A DNA stretch of 64,000 bases from IMG/VR virus record IMGVR_UViG_3300037067_004891, positions 320,001-384,000 of that record, one strand, 5' to 3'. Shown in pieces: positions 41,507 to 51,142 of this stretch (the first letter of the stretch is position 1; the number at the start of each line of letters is the position of its first letter). This DNA is from a virus (taxonomy: Duplodnaviria > Caudoviricetes). The position numbers were made by a program, and so were the translations under genes. The notes under the pieces were generated by a model. It saw only the letters and a program-made list of their open reading frames with translations. It was not told the DNA's origin and made no database searches.

Positions 41507-41837
41507 TGAACAACCGCTAAACTAAAATATTTAGTGGTATCCTCTTAAAAATTAAGAGAACTTTGATTTTTTAATTCAAAGGCTTGTTCATAAAAGCAAA
41601 CATGAGATGTTTTAAAAACATATTTAAACTCATTTTATTTTTTGATAGTCAGTCAAATTTTTAACCATAAACTGGGTTAAAACAGTAAAAATGACTTGTT
41701 TACTTTTTTGATTTACTTTGACTAAGATTTTAGTTAAAAACCAAATATATCAAAGAACTTCTTTTTTATTTATATATTAAAATGTTTTGGTTCTGTTTTA
41801 ATTTAATTTTGAAATTCATCCACGAAGCTGGTTTTCT
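41507..41837 (-). mobile_element. Degenerate non-autonomous IS200/IS605 element C
   Basis: Minus strand: partly deleted left end GCTTCGTGGATGAATTTC, TAATATATA, shared AAGTTCTTTGAT...AAAAGTA leader, right end CCACTAAAT...TTTAGCGGTTGTTCA. Confidence 0.7.
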
Positions 41838-41923
41838 TTTAAGAAAATATAAAAACATATTTTTTATTTAATATATAATGTCAAATTATGTAATAAATAA
41901 TTAAAAAAAAATATGTTTTTAAT

Positions 41924-43858
41924 ATGGCTCAATTATTAAAAGGTAAGCAGATTGCACAGCAAACCATAACTATAAAAGGTGCAACTGGTAATGTTGTGGT
42001 TCAAGGTGACTTAGATATGTCCACATATAATGTGGTAATATCTGGAACACCTACTGCCAACAATCAAGCTGTTAATAAGGCTTATGTTGATGCAGTAGCA
42101 CAAGGATTAATACCACATCCACCAGTAAAAGTTGTAGCACTTACAACCGTAGCATCATTAACAGGACTTACAACAGTAGATGGATACTCTTTATCTGCTG
42201 ATGATAGAGTTCTTTTAGTCAATCAAGGTGGAACAGGTGTTGGTGATTCTGATATTCAAAATGGTTTATGGTTAGCAAAAGCTGGCGCATGGTTAAGACC
42301 AACAGATGCAGATGGTACACCTGAAAACGAAGTTGCTTTAGGTGATTTTGTGTATGTTGAAACTGGTACTACTTATACATCATCAGGTTGGGTGTTAGCT
42401 GGTACTGATGGAAACTCAAATAATAATATTGAAGTTGGTATAGAAGCTCAACAATGGGTACAAGTTTCCGCACCTGGACAATATGGTACAGATGGTGAAG
42501 GTATTGAACTCGTTGGAAACATATTTAATCTTGAATTAGATGGTTCAACTTTAAGTAAAACATCTTCTGGTATAAGAGTTGCAGCATCAGTAATAACAGT
42601 TATTTCAAATAATCAAAGTAACACGACATCATTATCAACAGCTATTTCAAGTGAGCTTTCTACAAGAGGTACTGCGGACACATCATTATCAACAGCTATT
42701 TCTGGAAATACATCTGCTACAACATCATTATCAACAGCTATTTCAACAGAAGTGTCTACAAGAACATCTACTGATTCAACTTTATCAACAGCTATTTCAA
42801 CAGAAACTTCAACAAGAAATTCAGTTGATGTTTCATTATCAACTGCAATAAATAATAGTATTACTGGTTTAACCAATGGCAATGGAACAACCGCAAACGG
42901 AACTGCTGTAAATTTTGGGGGAATATTATCTGATAATACCTATATAGATTTAAGTTCAAGCACAATGGAATTTTGGGGTGAATATGGGGAGATTGCAATG
43001 GGACGGGGTATATCAGAATCGGGTGATTATGATTATCTTGGGATCGATGGTCTTGGAATAAATGTAACAACTGAAAATGGACAAGGTATTAAATATGTAG
43101 CAGATTATTCTAAAACATTACTTGATAATTCATTAGTTAATAAAGGATTTGTGACAGGTTACACATCAGGTATGACTTTAAATATATCTTCTTTATCAAC
43201 AGCTATTTCAACTGAAGCTTCAACAAGAACTTCTACTGATTCAACCTTATCGACAACTATTTCAACTGAAGCATCTACAAGAACATCTGCTGATACATCT
43301 TTAGCTACTGGTATTTCAACTACTGTTTCAACAGAAGCCTCTATAAGAGCATCAGCCGATACTTCGTTAAGTACTGAAATTGCTGCTATTACTTCTGGTT
43401 CTACTGCTGGTGTTGATTCATTATCAACAGCATTATCGAATGAAATATCTACAAGAGGTACTGCTGACACATCATTATCAACAACTATTTCAACTGAAGC
43501 ATCTACAAGAACATCTGCTGATTCTTCATTAGCAACAGCAATCAGTAATATTCAAGCTCCAAGTTATTTCGAGCAGTTATTAACTCCAGCAATAAGTGGT
43601 TCTTCAACTGCTGTAAATATTGGTACTGCTTTTGCTCACGGTGTAACTGGTGGGGTAATTGATGAATCTACTGTTATAGTATTCTTTAACGGCATTGAAT
43701 ATACCTTCGAATATGTACAAGGTTCACCTGCTGTATTCCATACAAACGGTGTCACACCTACATCTGCTGGAACTCCATTATATTTTGATGGTGTAGAAGC
43801 TGGTTTCGCAATCGAAACAACTGATGACGTTAAAATTAAATATGTAGTAACTACATAA
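41924..43858 (+). CDS. Fibre protein with extensive SLST repeats (GKQ N-terminus)
   Basis: LLKGKQI, AVNKAYVD, DRVLLVNQ...QNGLW; about 9 SLSTAISTE.STR.S.D units. Confidence 0.78.
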   Translation: MAQLLKGKQIAQQTITIKGATGNVVVQGDLDMSTYNVVISGTPTANNQAVNKAYVDAVAQGLIPHPPVKVVALTTVASLTGLTTVDGYSLSADDRVLLVNQGGTGVGDSDIQNGLWLAKAGAWLRPTDADGTPENEVALGDFVYVETGTTYTSSGWVLAGTDGNSNNNIEVGIEAQQWVQVSAPGQYGTDGEGIELVGNIFNLELDGSTLSKTSSGIRVAASVITVISNNQSNTTSLSTAISSELSTRGTADTSLSTAISGNTSATTSLSTAISTEVSTRTSTDSTLSTAISTETSTRNSVDVSLSTAINNSITGLTNGNGTTANGTAVNFGGILSDNTYIDLSSSTMEFWGEYGEIAMGRGISESGDYDYLGIDGLGINVTTENGQGIKYVADYSKTLLDNSLVNKGFVTGYTSGMTLNISSLSTAISTEASTRTSTDSTLSTTISTEASTRTSADTSLATGISTTVSTEASIRASADTSLSTEIAAITSGSTAGVDSLSTALSNEISTRGTADTSLSTTISTEASTRTSADSSLATAISNIQAPSYFEQLLTPAISGSSTAVNIGTAFAHGVTGGVIDESTVIVFFNGIEYTFEYVQGSPAVFHTNGVTPTSAGTPLYFDGVEAGFAIETTDDVKIKYVVTT

Positions 43859-43895
43859 TTATTTATAATATTTTAAAATTGTTATAACGTTTAAC

Positions 43896-43938
43896 AAAAA
43901 CTGCTTATCTGCTAACTAATGTGGATAAGCAGTTTTTT
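43896..43938 (+). terminator. Intrinsic terminator
   Basis: AAAAACTGCTTATC...GATAAGCAGTTTTTT. Confidence 0.75.
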
Positions 43939-44021
43939 ATACAGATAATGTCCTAATTATTTAGTGATGAACCCAAAACATTTTAATAAATACATTAAAA
44001 TTAAAAAATGATTTTTTATTT

Positions 44022-45653
44022 ATGGAATCAAAATTAAATATTGGAATAACAATTTTTTTACATGAAGAAAATCAAAGTGTATGGACTAATGGTATATTAC
44101 AAAATGCGATTTTTTTGACAAAAACATTTCAAAATTCAATTCAAAATTATAACGTATATCTTGTCAATATGAGTAATATTAATATTACAAATAAATTAGG
44201 TTGGAATATAGAAAAATATAAAACGGTTCAATTTGATGAAATAAAAGATAAATTAGATATTATTTTTCCACTTGGTGGGTCTATTGATAAACCAACTACT
44301 GAATATTTGAGGAATAGAGGATGTAAAGTTGTACCATATAAATGTGGTAATGAATATATTATTAGTATGGAAAATATAATTTTTAACAGACAAGATATAG
44401 TTAAAGATTATCCAGAAGTTGATCAAGTTTGGAATATTCCACAAATGGAAAATACTAATCACCATTATTGGAGAATTTTACACAATGCCGAAACTATTAC
44501 TATACCATTCGTCTGGAATTCTATGTTTTTAGACCAACATATCGATGAATTAAAAAGACAAGGAAAAAATCCTTATTATACACCAAGTAAACTAAGTAAA
44601 AAAATTTCGATTTTCGAACCTAATATAAATGTTTATAAATTTTTAATGTATCCAATGTTAATTATAGAAGATGCATATAGAGAATATCCCGAACTGTTTC
44701 ATAGTGTGAAAGTTACAAACACACAGAAAGTTAGATTAACTAAAGAACTTAGTTCTATCATGAATCATTTAAGCATAGTTAAAGATAAAAAAACAACATT
44801 TGAGAATCGATTTCCGATTACTTGGTTTTTAACTGAACATACGGATGTTGTGGTTTCTCATCAATGGGAAAACGCTTTAAATTATGCATATCTGGATGCC
44901 ATATATTTAGGTTACCCGTTGGTTCATAATGCACATCTTTGTAAAGAATGCGGGTATTATTATGAAGGTTTTGATGTAAATGAAGGAAAAGATAAACTTA
45001 TTTATGCTTTAACTGAACATGATAATAATTTGGAAGAATATGCTGAAAAAAATAAAAAAATTTTAGAAAAATATTCATCTGATAATATTGAGAATGTTAA
45101 AAAATATGATGAATTGATTAATAATATAATGGGTTCTAAATCTCTTGCCGAAAAATTTGTACCTACCAGTTATGGTGCGTTTAAATCGGAAATAAAAGAT
45201 TATGTTTTAGATAAATATGATAAAGAGGCTAAGATATTAGATGTTGGTGCTGGATGTGGTACATATGCTAATATTTTAAAAGAATATAAAAATATTGATG
45301 CTATTGAAATTTATAAACCATATATTAAAAAATATGATTTAAAAAAGAAATATAAAAATATATTTAACTTAAATATTATTGATTTTGAATTTAATTTTTA
45401 TGATATAATTATATTAGGTGATGTTTTAGAACACTTAGAAATAGAAGATGCCCAAAAATTAATAAATAAATTATATAATAAATGTGAAGATTTAATAATA
45501 AGTGTTCCATATCTTATGATACAACATGGTCTTGAAAATAAACATGAAGATCACATTCAAGATGATTTAACAGAAGAAATAATGGAAACAAGATATCCTA
45601 ATTTAAAGAAAATGTGGAGCAATAATACAATTGCTATTTATTTTAAAAAATAA
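44022..45653 (+). CDS. DUF2827-like putative glycosyltransferase fused to a class I SAM methyltransferase
   Basis: WTNGILQN, VWNIPQ, FEPNI, SHQWENALNY, YPLVHN, GYYY..FD; C-terminal ILDVGAGCG, GDVLEH. Confidence 0.7.
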   Translation: MESKLNIGITIFLHEENQSVWTNGILQNAIFLTKTFQNSIQNYNVYLVNMSNINITNKLGWNIEKYKTVQFDEIKDKLDIIFPLGGSIDKPTTEYLRNRGCKVVPYKCGNEYIISMENIIFNRQDIVKDYPEVDQVWNIPQMENTNHHYWRILHNAETITIPFVWNSMFLDQHIDELKRQGKNPYYTPSKLSKKISIFEPNINVYKFLMYPMLIIEDAYREYPELFHSVKVTNTQKVRLTKELSSIMNHLSIVKDKKTTFENRFPITWFLTEHTDVVVSHQWENALNYAYLDAIYLGYPLVHNAHLCKECGYYYEGFDVNEGKDKLIYALTEHDNNLEEYAEKNKKILEKYSSDNIENVKKYDELINNIMGSKSLAEKFVPTSYGAFKSEIKDYVLDKYDKEAKILDVGAGCGTYANILKEYKNIDAIEIYKPYIKKYDLKKKYKNIFNLNIIDFEFNFYDIIILGDVLEHLEIEDAQKLINKLYNKCEDLIISVPYLMIQHGLENKHEDHIQDDLTEEIMETRYPNLKKMWSNNTIAIYFKK

Positions 45654-45662
45654 AATATTAGA

Positions 45663-46772
45663 ATGACAAATATCGCTATTACAATAGGTGTCAAAGAAGA
45701 TAATGAGAATTTATGGATTAATGGTATAAAATTAAATGCTCTATACTTAGCCAAATTACTTAAAAATATTGGAAAATATAATGTGTTCTTCGCTAATACA
45801 ACAAGTAAAGATATAACAAAATATGATTTTGATACAAAAGAATTTCCAGTATACCATATATCTGAGGTAAAAAACGATATCGATATATTAATATCCCTTG
45901 GTGGTCAGATAGATCATGATATGACCATGTTTTTGAAAAATAAAAAAACAAAAATTGTATCTTATAAGTGTGGTGATGAATATGTAATTCGAATGGAAAA
46001 TGTTTTGTTTAATCAAGATGTCGGTAACATAAAGATATGGTGTAACCCCGATTATGATGAAATATGGACAGTTCCACAGATATATGAACATAATTATTAT
46101 TATTTTAAACGGTTTCATAAAAACAAAAATTTAAAAACTGTTCCATTTATATGGAATTCGTTTATAATTGATGATCTGGTTCAGAAAATGGATAATAAAC
46201 CTATTTATAAACCATCAGACAAACCAAAATCATTGGCTATTTTAGAACCAAACCAAAATGTTTTAAAATATGCTATGTATCCAATTTTGATTGCTGATGA
46301 AGCATATGAAAAAAACCCCGAATTAATTGAAAAATTATATGTAACAAATACATCCAAAATAAGAACAAATAAAGTTTTTATTGAATATATGAATCATCTG
46401 AAAATTGTTCAAGATAAAAAAGCTACTTTTGAAGATAGATTTTCTACCGTTGATTTCTTAGCTAATTATGCTGATATTGTAATAAGTCATCAGTGGGATA
46501 ATGTTTTAAATTATTTTTATTTGGATGTTGCATATCTTGGACATGCTATATTACACAATGCACCAATGTGTAAAAATATTGGTTATTATTACAATAGGTT
46601 CGATGGTGATAACGCAGCTAAAAAATTATCATGGATTCTTAAAAATCATGATAAAAATTTGGATAATTATAATGAAGTAAATAAAAAAATATTATTCTCA
46701 TATGATGCTGATAATGAAATCAATATCAACACTTATGATAATTTATTAAAAACGCTCATTAAAAAATATTAA
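45663..46772 (+). CDS. DUF2827-like putative glycosyltransferase
   Basis: WINGIKLN, IWTVPQ, LEPN, SHQWDNVLNY, GYYY..FD; paralog of the preceding gene. Confidence 0.7.
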   Translation: MTNIAITIGVKEDNENLWINGIKLNALYLAKLLKNIGKYNVFFANTTSKDITKYDFDTKEFPVYHISEVKNDIDILISLGGQIDHDMTMFLKNKKTKIVSYKCGDEYVIRMENVLFNQDVGNIKIWCNPDYDEIWTVPQIYEHNYYYFKRFHKNKNLKTVPFIWNSFIIDDLVQKMDNKPIYKPSDKPKSLAILEPNQNVLKYAMYPILIADEAYEKNPELIEKLYVTNTSKIRTNKVFIEYMNHLKIVQDKKATFEDRFSTVDFLANYADIVISHQWDNVLNYFYLDVAYLGHAILHNAPMCKNIGYYYNRFDGDNAAKKLSWILKNHDKNLDNYNEVNKKILFSYDADNEININTYDNLLKTLIKKY

Positions 46773-46778
46773 ACTTAA

Positions 46779-47585
46779 ATGAAAGATGGTATATCAATTG
46801 TGATGGCTTATCATAATAGGAGAGAACAATTAATTAGAACTTTAAATTCTATTAATGAAACTAAATATGATAAATCGAAATTAGAAATTATTATCATTAA
46901 CGATAATAGTTTAGAACAACATTCGATAGATGATTTACTATCTTTATTTAATAGTTTGAAAATTCGGATTTTCAATATTAAGAAAGAACAGAAGAAATGG
47001 ACATGTTCATGTGTGCCATATAATATAGGATTTAATAACGTTCAATATAATAAAATACTTTTTCAAAACCCTGAGTGTTATCATATAGGAGATATCTTAT
47101 CGGACATTAATTTAAATTTATCCAATAATAATTATATACCATATGCGTGTTATTCCATAGGTGAAAAGGAATATATAGATAATGATTATAATAATTTAGT
47201 TTATGAACACGTTCAACCAACTCATGCATGTTCCAACGGGTGGTATAATCATTCTAAAATAAATTCAAAATGTTATCATTTCGCTTCTGCAATAACTACT
47301 GATAATTTATACAAAATAGGTGGGTTCGATGAAGATTATAAAGATGGTATTGCTTTCGATGATAATGAGATATTAAGAAGAATTAGGTTGTTGGGTCTAA
47401 ATATAAATATTATAGATTATCCATATGTTATCCATCAGTGGCACGATAGTGTTTATCATTTCAATGCATTGACATCTGAAGATGAAAAAAAGAAAATTAT
47501 GGAATTATTTTATAAAAATCAGAATTTATATGATAATGGTGTTTTAACATATAAAGCAAAAAACAATTTTTATTTTAATCCGTGA
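46779..47585 (+). CDS. Glycosyltransferase family 2
   Basis: ISIVMAYHNR, IIINDNS, IGGFDEDY...DDNE, HQWH. Confidence 0.85.
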   Translation: MKDGISIVMAYHNRREQLIRTLNSINETKYDKSKLEIIIINDNSLEQHSIDDLLSLFNSLKIRIFNIKKEQKKWTCSCVPYNIGFNNVQYNKILFQNPECYHIGDILSDINLNLSNNNYIPYACYSIGEKEYIDNDYNNLVYEHVQPTHACSNGWYNHSKINSKCYHFASAITTDNLYKIGGFDEDYKDGIAFDDNEILRRIRLLGLNINIIDYPYVIHQWHDSVYHFNALTSEDEKKKIMELFYKNQNLYDNGVLTYKAKNNFYFNP

Positions 47586-48265
47586 ATAATCAAAAAATAA
47601 AATATATTCAACTATATGCTGAACGACACACTGGTTCAAAATGGTTTGAAGATTGTATTAAACAATATTTGGTTATTCATAGTTATTTATTTCATTTAGG
47701 TTGGAAACATTTCTTTCCAGATATTTATACTATTGATAAAACATATTTAGATGAATATCTTTTCATAGTATTGAGTCGAAACCCATATGATTGGACAAAA
47801 TCTATGAATGAAAACCCATATCATGCACATATTTCTCTTAGAAATAAACCGTTAAATGATTTTATTAAAATGCCTTGGATTAGTGTACATGAAAAGAAGT
47901 TGAATAAAGAAAATGATTTATATCAGGAAAAAGAAATGTATTTTGAGAGAAATCCTCAAACATTATTACCATTTACAAATATAATAGAAATGAGGAATAT
48001 GAAAAATCAATATTTTATAAATTTAAAAAATATAGTTTCAAATATCAAAATTATTAGATATGAAGACATATGCACTGATATTGTAAAGATAATGAGTGAT
48101 ATATCTGATGAATTTAAAATATATAAAACAAATCGAAGAACAACTTATAATTCAATACCAAAAATGAGAAAAGAAATTGATGAGGATTCTTTAGATTTTA
48201 TAAATAAAAATATTAACTGGGAAGTTGAAAAATTTTTAGGATATGAAAAAAGAATTATTAATTAA
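47582..48265 (+). CDS. Putative sulfotransferase
   Basis: ERHTGS (5'-PSB-like), RNPYDWTKS (3'-PB-like), IRYED. Confidence 0.6.
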   Translation: MNNQKIKYIQLYAERHTGSKWFEDCIKQYLVIHSYLFHLGWKHFFPDIYTIDKTYLDEYLFIVLSRNPYDWTKSMNENPYHAHISLRNKPLNDFIKMPWISVHEKKLNKENDLYQEKEMYFERNPQTLLPFTNIIEMRNMKNQYFINLKNIVSNIKIIRYEDICTDIVKIMSDISDEFKIYKTNRRTTYNSIPKMRKEIDEDSLDFINKNINWEVEKFLGYEKRIIN

Positions 48266-48738
48266 TGTTTGAAGCAGAAAAAAGGGCAGGTGATATAGCA
48301 GAAGAAAATTTTCGTAATTTATTTGAAAGTAAAGGGTATACTGTTAATAAAACAAATTTTCAAGATGATGTGTATAATCATTTTGATTTTATAGTAGAAA
48401 AGGATGGAGTTGTTAAGAAATTTGAAGTAAAAGCAGCTAAAAAAGATGATAGAAATGATAATAAAGCATCATTTGAAATGACTTGGATAGAACTAAAAGG
48501 AATTAAAGGTTATTCAGGGTGGGTATATGGTCAGGCTGATTATTTTGCTTTTGAACAAAAAGAAGGTTTTATTATATCAAAACGAAAAGATATAGTCGAT
48601 TTAATTCTTCAAAAATTAGTCGATAATAATTTTGAAAGGGGAAAAGGAATGTATCAAATATATGGTAGAGAAGGTAGGGAAGATATTATAGTTAAAATTC
48701 TTTTCAAAGATTTAGAAAACAAACGTATTGTGAAATGA
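48265..48738 (+). CDS. PD-(D/E)xK nuclease-like protein
   Basis: AEE.F...HFDF...FEVK...WIELK...GWVYG.ADY. Confidence 0.6.
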   Translation: MFEAEKRAGDIAEENFRNLFESKGYTVNKTNFQDDVYNHFDFIVEKDGVVKKFEVKAAKKDDRNDNKASFEMTWIELKGIKGYSGWVYGQADYFAFEQKEGFIISKRKDIVDLILQKLVDNNFERGKGMYQIYGREGREDIIVKILFKDLENKRIVK

Positions 48739-49538
48739 AAATATCAATAGTAACAGCATATTATAATCGAAAAAATCTATTTTATAATACATTGAGATCA
48801 ATTGAAAGCTTAGTATCAAAAGATAGTGTTGAAATAATAGTTGTTGATGATGCTTCTCGTGAAGAAGAACGAATCGAAAGTTTTGTTGATAAATTTGATT
48901 TAGATTTAAAAATCATAAGAATAGAACAAAAAGATAAGTGGTGGACAAATCCATGTATACCTTTTAACATTGGTTTTAAGAATGCTACTGGGGATGTTAT
49001 AATTATTCAAAACCCAGAATGCATACATATGGGAAATATTATAAAATTTGTTGAAGAAAATATTCAAGATAATGTTTATTTGAATTTCGGATGCTATTCT
49101 ATTGATGAAAAGTTGACAAGAAAAATAACAAATTCTATTCAACCAGATTTTAATAAAGTTAAAGTAAATAATTTGATTTATCCAACCAACAATTGTAGTA
49201 TTGTTGCAGATGGTGAAACAGCTTGGTATAATCACTCGAAATATAGACCACATCAATTACATTTTTGTTCAGCTATAACTAAAAATAATTTAGTAGAATT
49301 GGGCGGGTTTGATGAAAGGTACGCCGATGGTATTGGTTTTGATGATAATGAATTTCTTTTAAGAATAAAAAGAAAGAATATGTTGATTAAAATGATTGAT
49401 AACCCATTTGTTCTACATCAATATCATTATTCGGGTACACCAATGAGTCAACAGAACCGTTTGTTATTTGGTAAGAATGGGAAATTATATTATAATATAT
49501 CACAAAATGAAAAAAATATAAAAATACAAGATTTATAA
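48735..49538 (+). CDS. Glycosyltransferase family 2 (paralog of 46779)
   Basis: ISIVTAYYNR, VVDDAS, QNPEC, GGFDERY. Confidence 0.85.
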   Translation: MKISIVTAYYNRKNLFYNTLRSIESLVSKDSVEIIVVDDASREEERIESFVDKFDLDLKIIRIEQKDKWWTNPCIPFNIGFKNATGDVIIIQNPECIHMGNIIKFVEENIQDNVYLNFGCYSIDEKLTRKITNSIQPDFNKVKVNNLIYPTNNCSIVADGETAWYNHSKYRPHQLHFCSAITKNNLVELGGFDERYADGIGFDDNEFLLRIKRKNMLIKMIDNPFVLHQYHYSGTPMSQQNRLLFGKNGKLYYNISQNEKNIKIQDL

Positions 49539-50389
49539 TGATACCAAAACGTATATTTTTTTATTGGTCAGGTAGTAATCTATCGTGGATGCGTTATATG
49601 ACACTATTTTCATTTAGAAAATATAATCCAACTTGGGAAATGATTCTTTATATCTCAGATAATGATAATGAGAAAAATTGGAAAGGTATTGAAGAACAAG
49701 ATTTTTCTAATTATAAAGGTATTGATTATTTTGAAAAAGTGAAAGAATTAAATATTGAAGTCAAAAAAATAAAATTACCAGATGAAATACAAAATAAGAT
49801 TAAAAAATTATCACCAGTACATGAAAGTGATATATTCAGATATTATGAACTATACACTAATGGTGGAATATATTCCGATATGGACGTTTTATACTTTAGG
49901 TCAATTGATGACTTATATAATTCATTAGAAGAAAAAAATATTGACACATTAATACATCAAGACACTGGTTATATTACAATTGGATTTCTTGGTTCGGGTG
50001 TTGAAAATAAATTATTCAGTGATATTTTTAATAAAGCTATAAATCTTATTTCATATAATAATTATCAATCATTTGGTGTTGATTTGATATATAGTATGTT
50101 TGGTGGGAATCGTCAAAATCCATTAATTATTGACAAAATTAAAAAAATTTATCAATATTTGAATATTTTTAATTTGAAAAATCAAACTGTTTACCAATTT
50201 GATTGGACAATGATAAATTATAATTTCAATAATGCCGTTGGTATCAATAGTTTTTCAAAAGATTCAATCGGATATCACTGGTTTGGCGGTAGTCCTATTT
50301 CTCAAAAATTTAATAATTTATTGAACGGAAGTAACTATCAAAATTATAAAATAACGTTTAGTGAAATTTGCAAAGAAATTTTAAAATAA
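49538..50389 (+). CDS. DxD glycosyltransferase (GT32-like)
   Basis: MIPKRIFFYW, SDIFRY, GGIYSDMD. Confidence 0.8.
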   Translation: MIPKRIFFYWSGSNLSWMRYMTLFSFRKYNPTWEMILYISDNDNEKNWKGIEEQDFSNYKGIDYFEKVKELNIEVKKIKLPDEIQNKIKKLSPVHESDIFRYYELYTNGGIYSDMDVLYFRSIDDLYNSLEEKNIDTLIHQDTGYITIGFLGSGVENKLFSDIFNKAINLISYNNYQSFGVDLIYSMFGGNRQNPLIIDKIKKIYQYLNIFNLKNQTVYQFDWTMINYNFNNAVGINSFSKDSIGYHWFGGSPISQKFNNLLNGSNYQNYKITFSEICKEILK

Positions 50390-50404
50390 AATCAAATCAA
50401 ATCG

Positions 50405-51142
50405 ATGGATAACAAATTTATTATAATTATACCTGTATATAATGCTGAGATATATATTGAGAAATGTATGTTATCTATTTTAAACCAAAATTATGATAAT
50501 TTTGAAATCGGTGTGGTTGATGGTGGTTCAACGGACAACACATTTGAAATATTAAAAAAATTGAAAGAAAACTATCAATTTGAACTTATTCAAAATGATG
50601 TGAATATTAGCTCACCATTATCCAATTATCTTTTGGGAGTAGATACATTTTCCAAGGATAAAGAAGATATATTGGTAACCGTAGATGGTGATGATTTTTT
50701 GGCACATAATGGCGTGTTATCACTTTTAAATGATGTCTATCAAGATGAAAATATATGGTTAACTTATGGTCAATATGAACCTTTGAGTAGAACATATTTT
50801 AATTATTGCAGACCTATACCAGACACTCGAATTTATAGACGAAGTGGACAATGGTATGCTTCTCATCTTAGGACTGTTAAGAAAAAACTATTAGATAAGG
50901 TAAAGAGAGAAGATATGATAAATGAAAATGGTATATATTATCGGTATGCATGTGACGCTGCTTATATGTTTCCTATTATAGAAATGTCTGGACAAAAACA
51001 CATGAAATTCATAAAAGAAGTTTTGTATTATTACAATGATGTTACCCCGAACAATGCTATGAAAACTGATACTATGATTTTATTAAAAACTGATAAAATC
51101 ATTAGAGACAAACCAATTTACAATGAATTAACTGAATTATGA
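50405..51142 (+). CDS. Glycosyltransferase family 2
   Basis: IIPVYNAE, VDGGSTD, VDGDD. Confidence 0.85.
   Translation: MDNKFIIIIPVYNAEIYIEKCMLSILNQNYDNFEIGVVDGGSTDNTFEILKKLKENYQFELIQNDVNISSPLSNYLLGVDTFSKDKEDILVTVDGDDFLAHNGVLSLLNDVYQDENIWLTYGQYEPLSRTYFNYCRPIPDTRIYRRSGQWYASHLRTVKKKLLDKVKREDMINENGIYYRYACDAAYMFPIIEMSGQKHMKFIKEVLYYYNDVTPNNAMKTDTMILLKTDKIIRDKPIYNELTEL

Noticed and set aside
42613-43470. Antisense ORFs over the SLST repeats and other short overlapping ORFs in the track (e.g. 1690, 8883, 12911, 14631, 33747)
   Set aside because: Shadow frames of real genes caused by codon bias; no recognisable motifs
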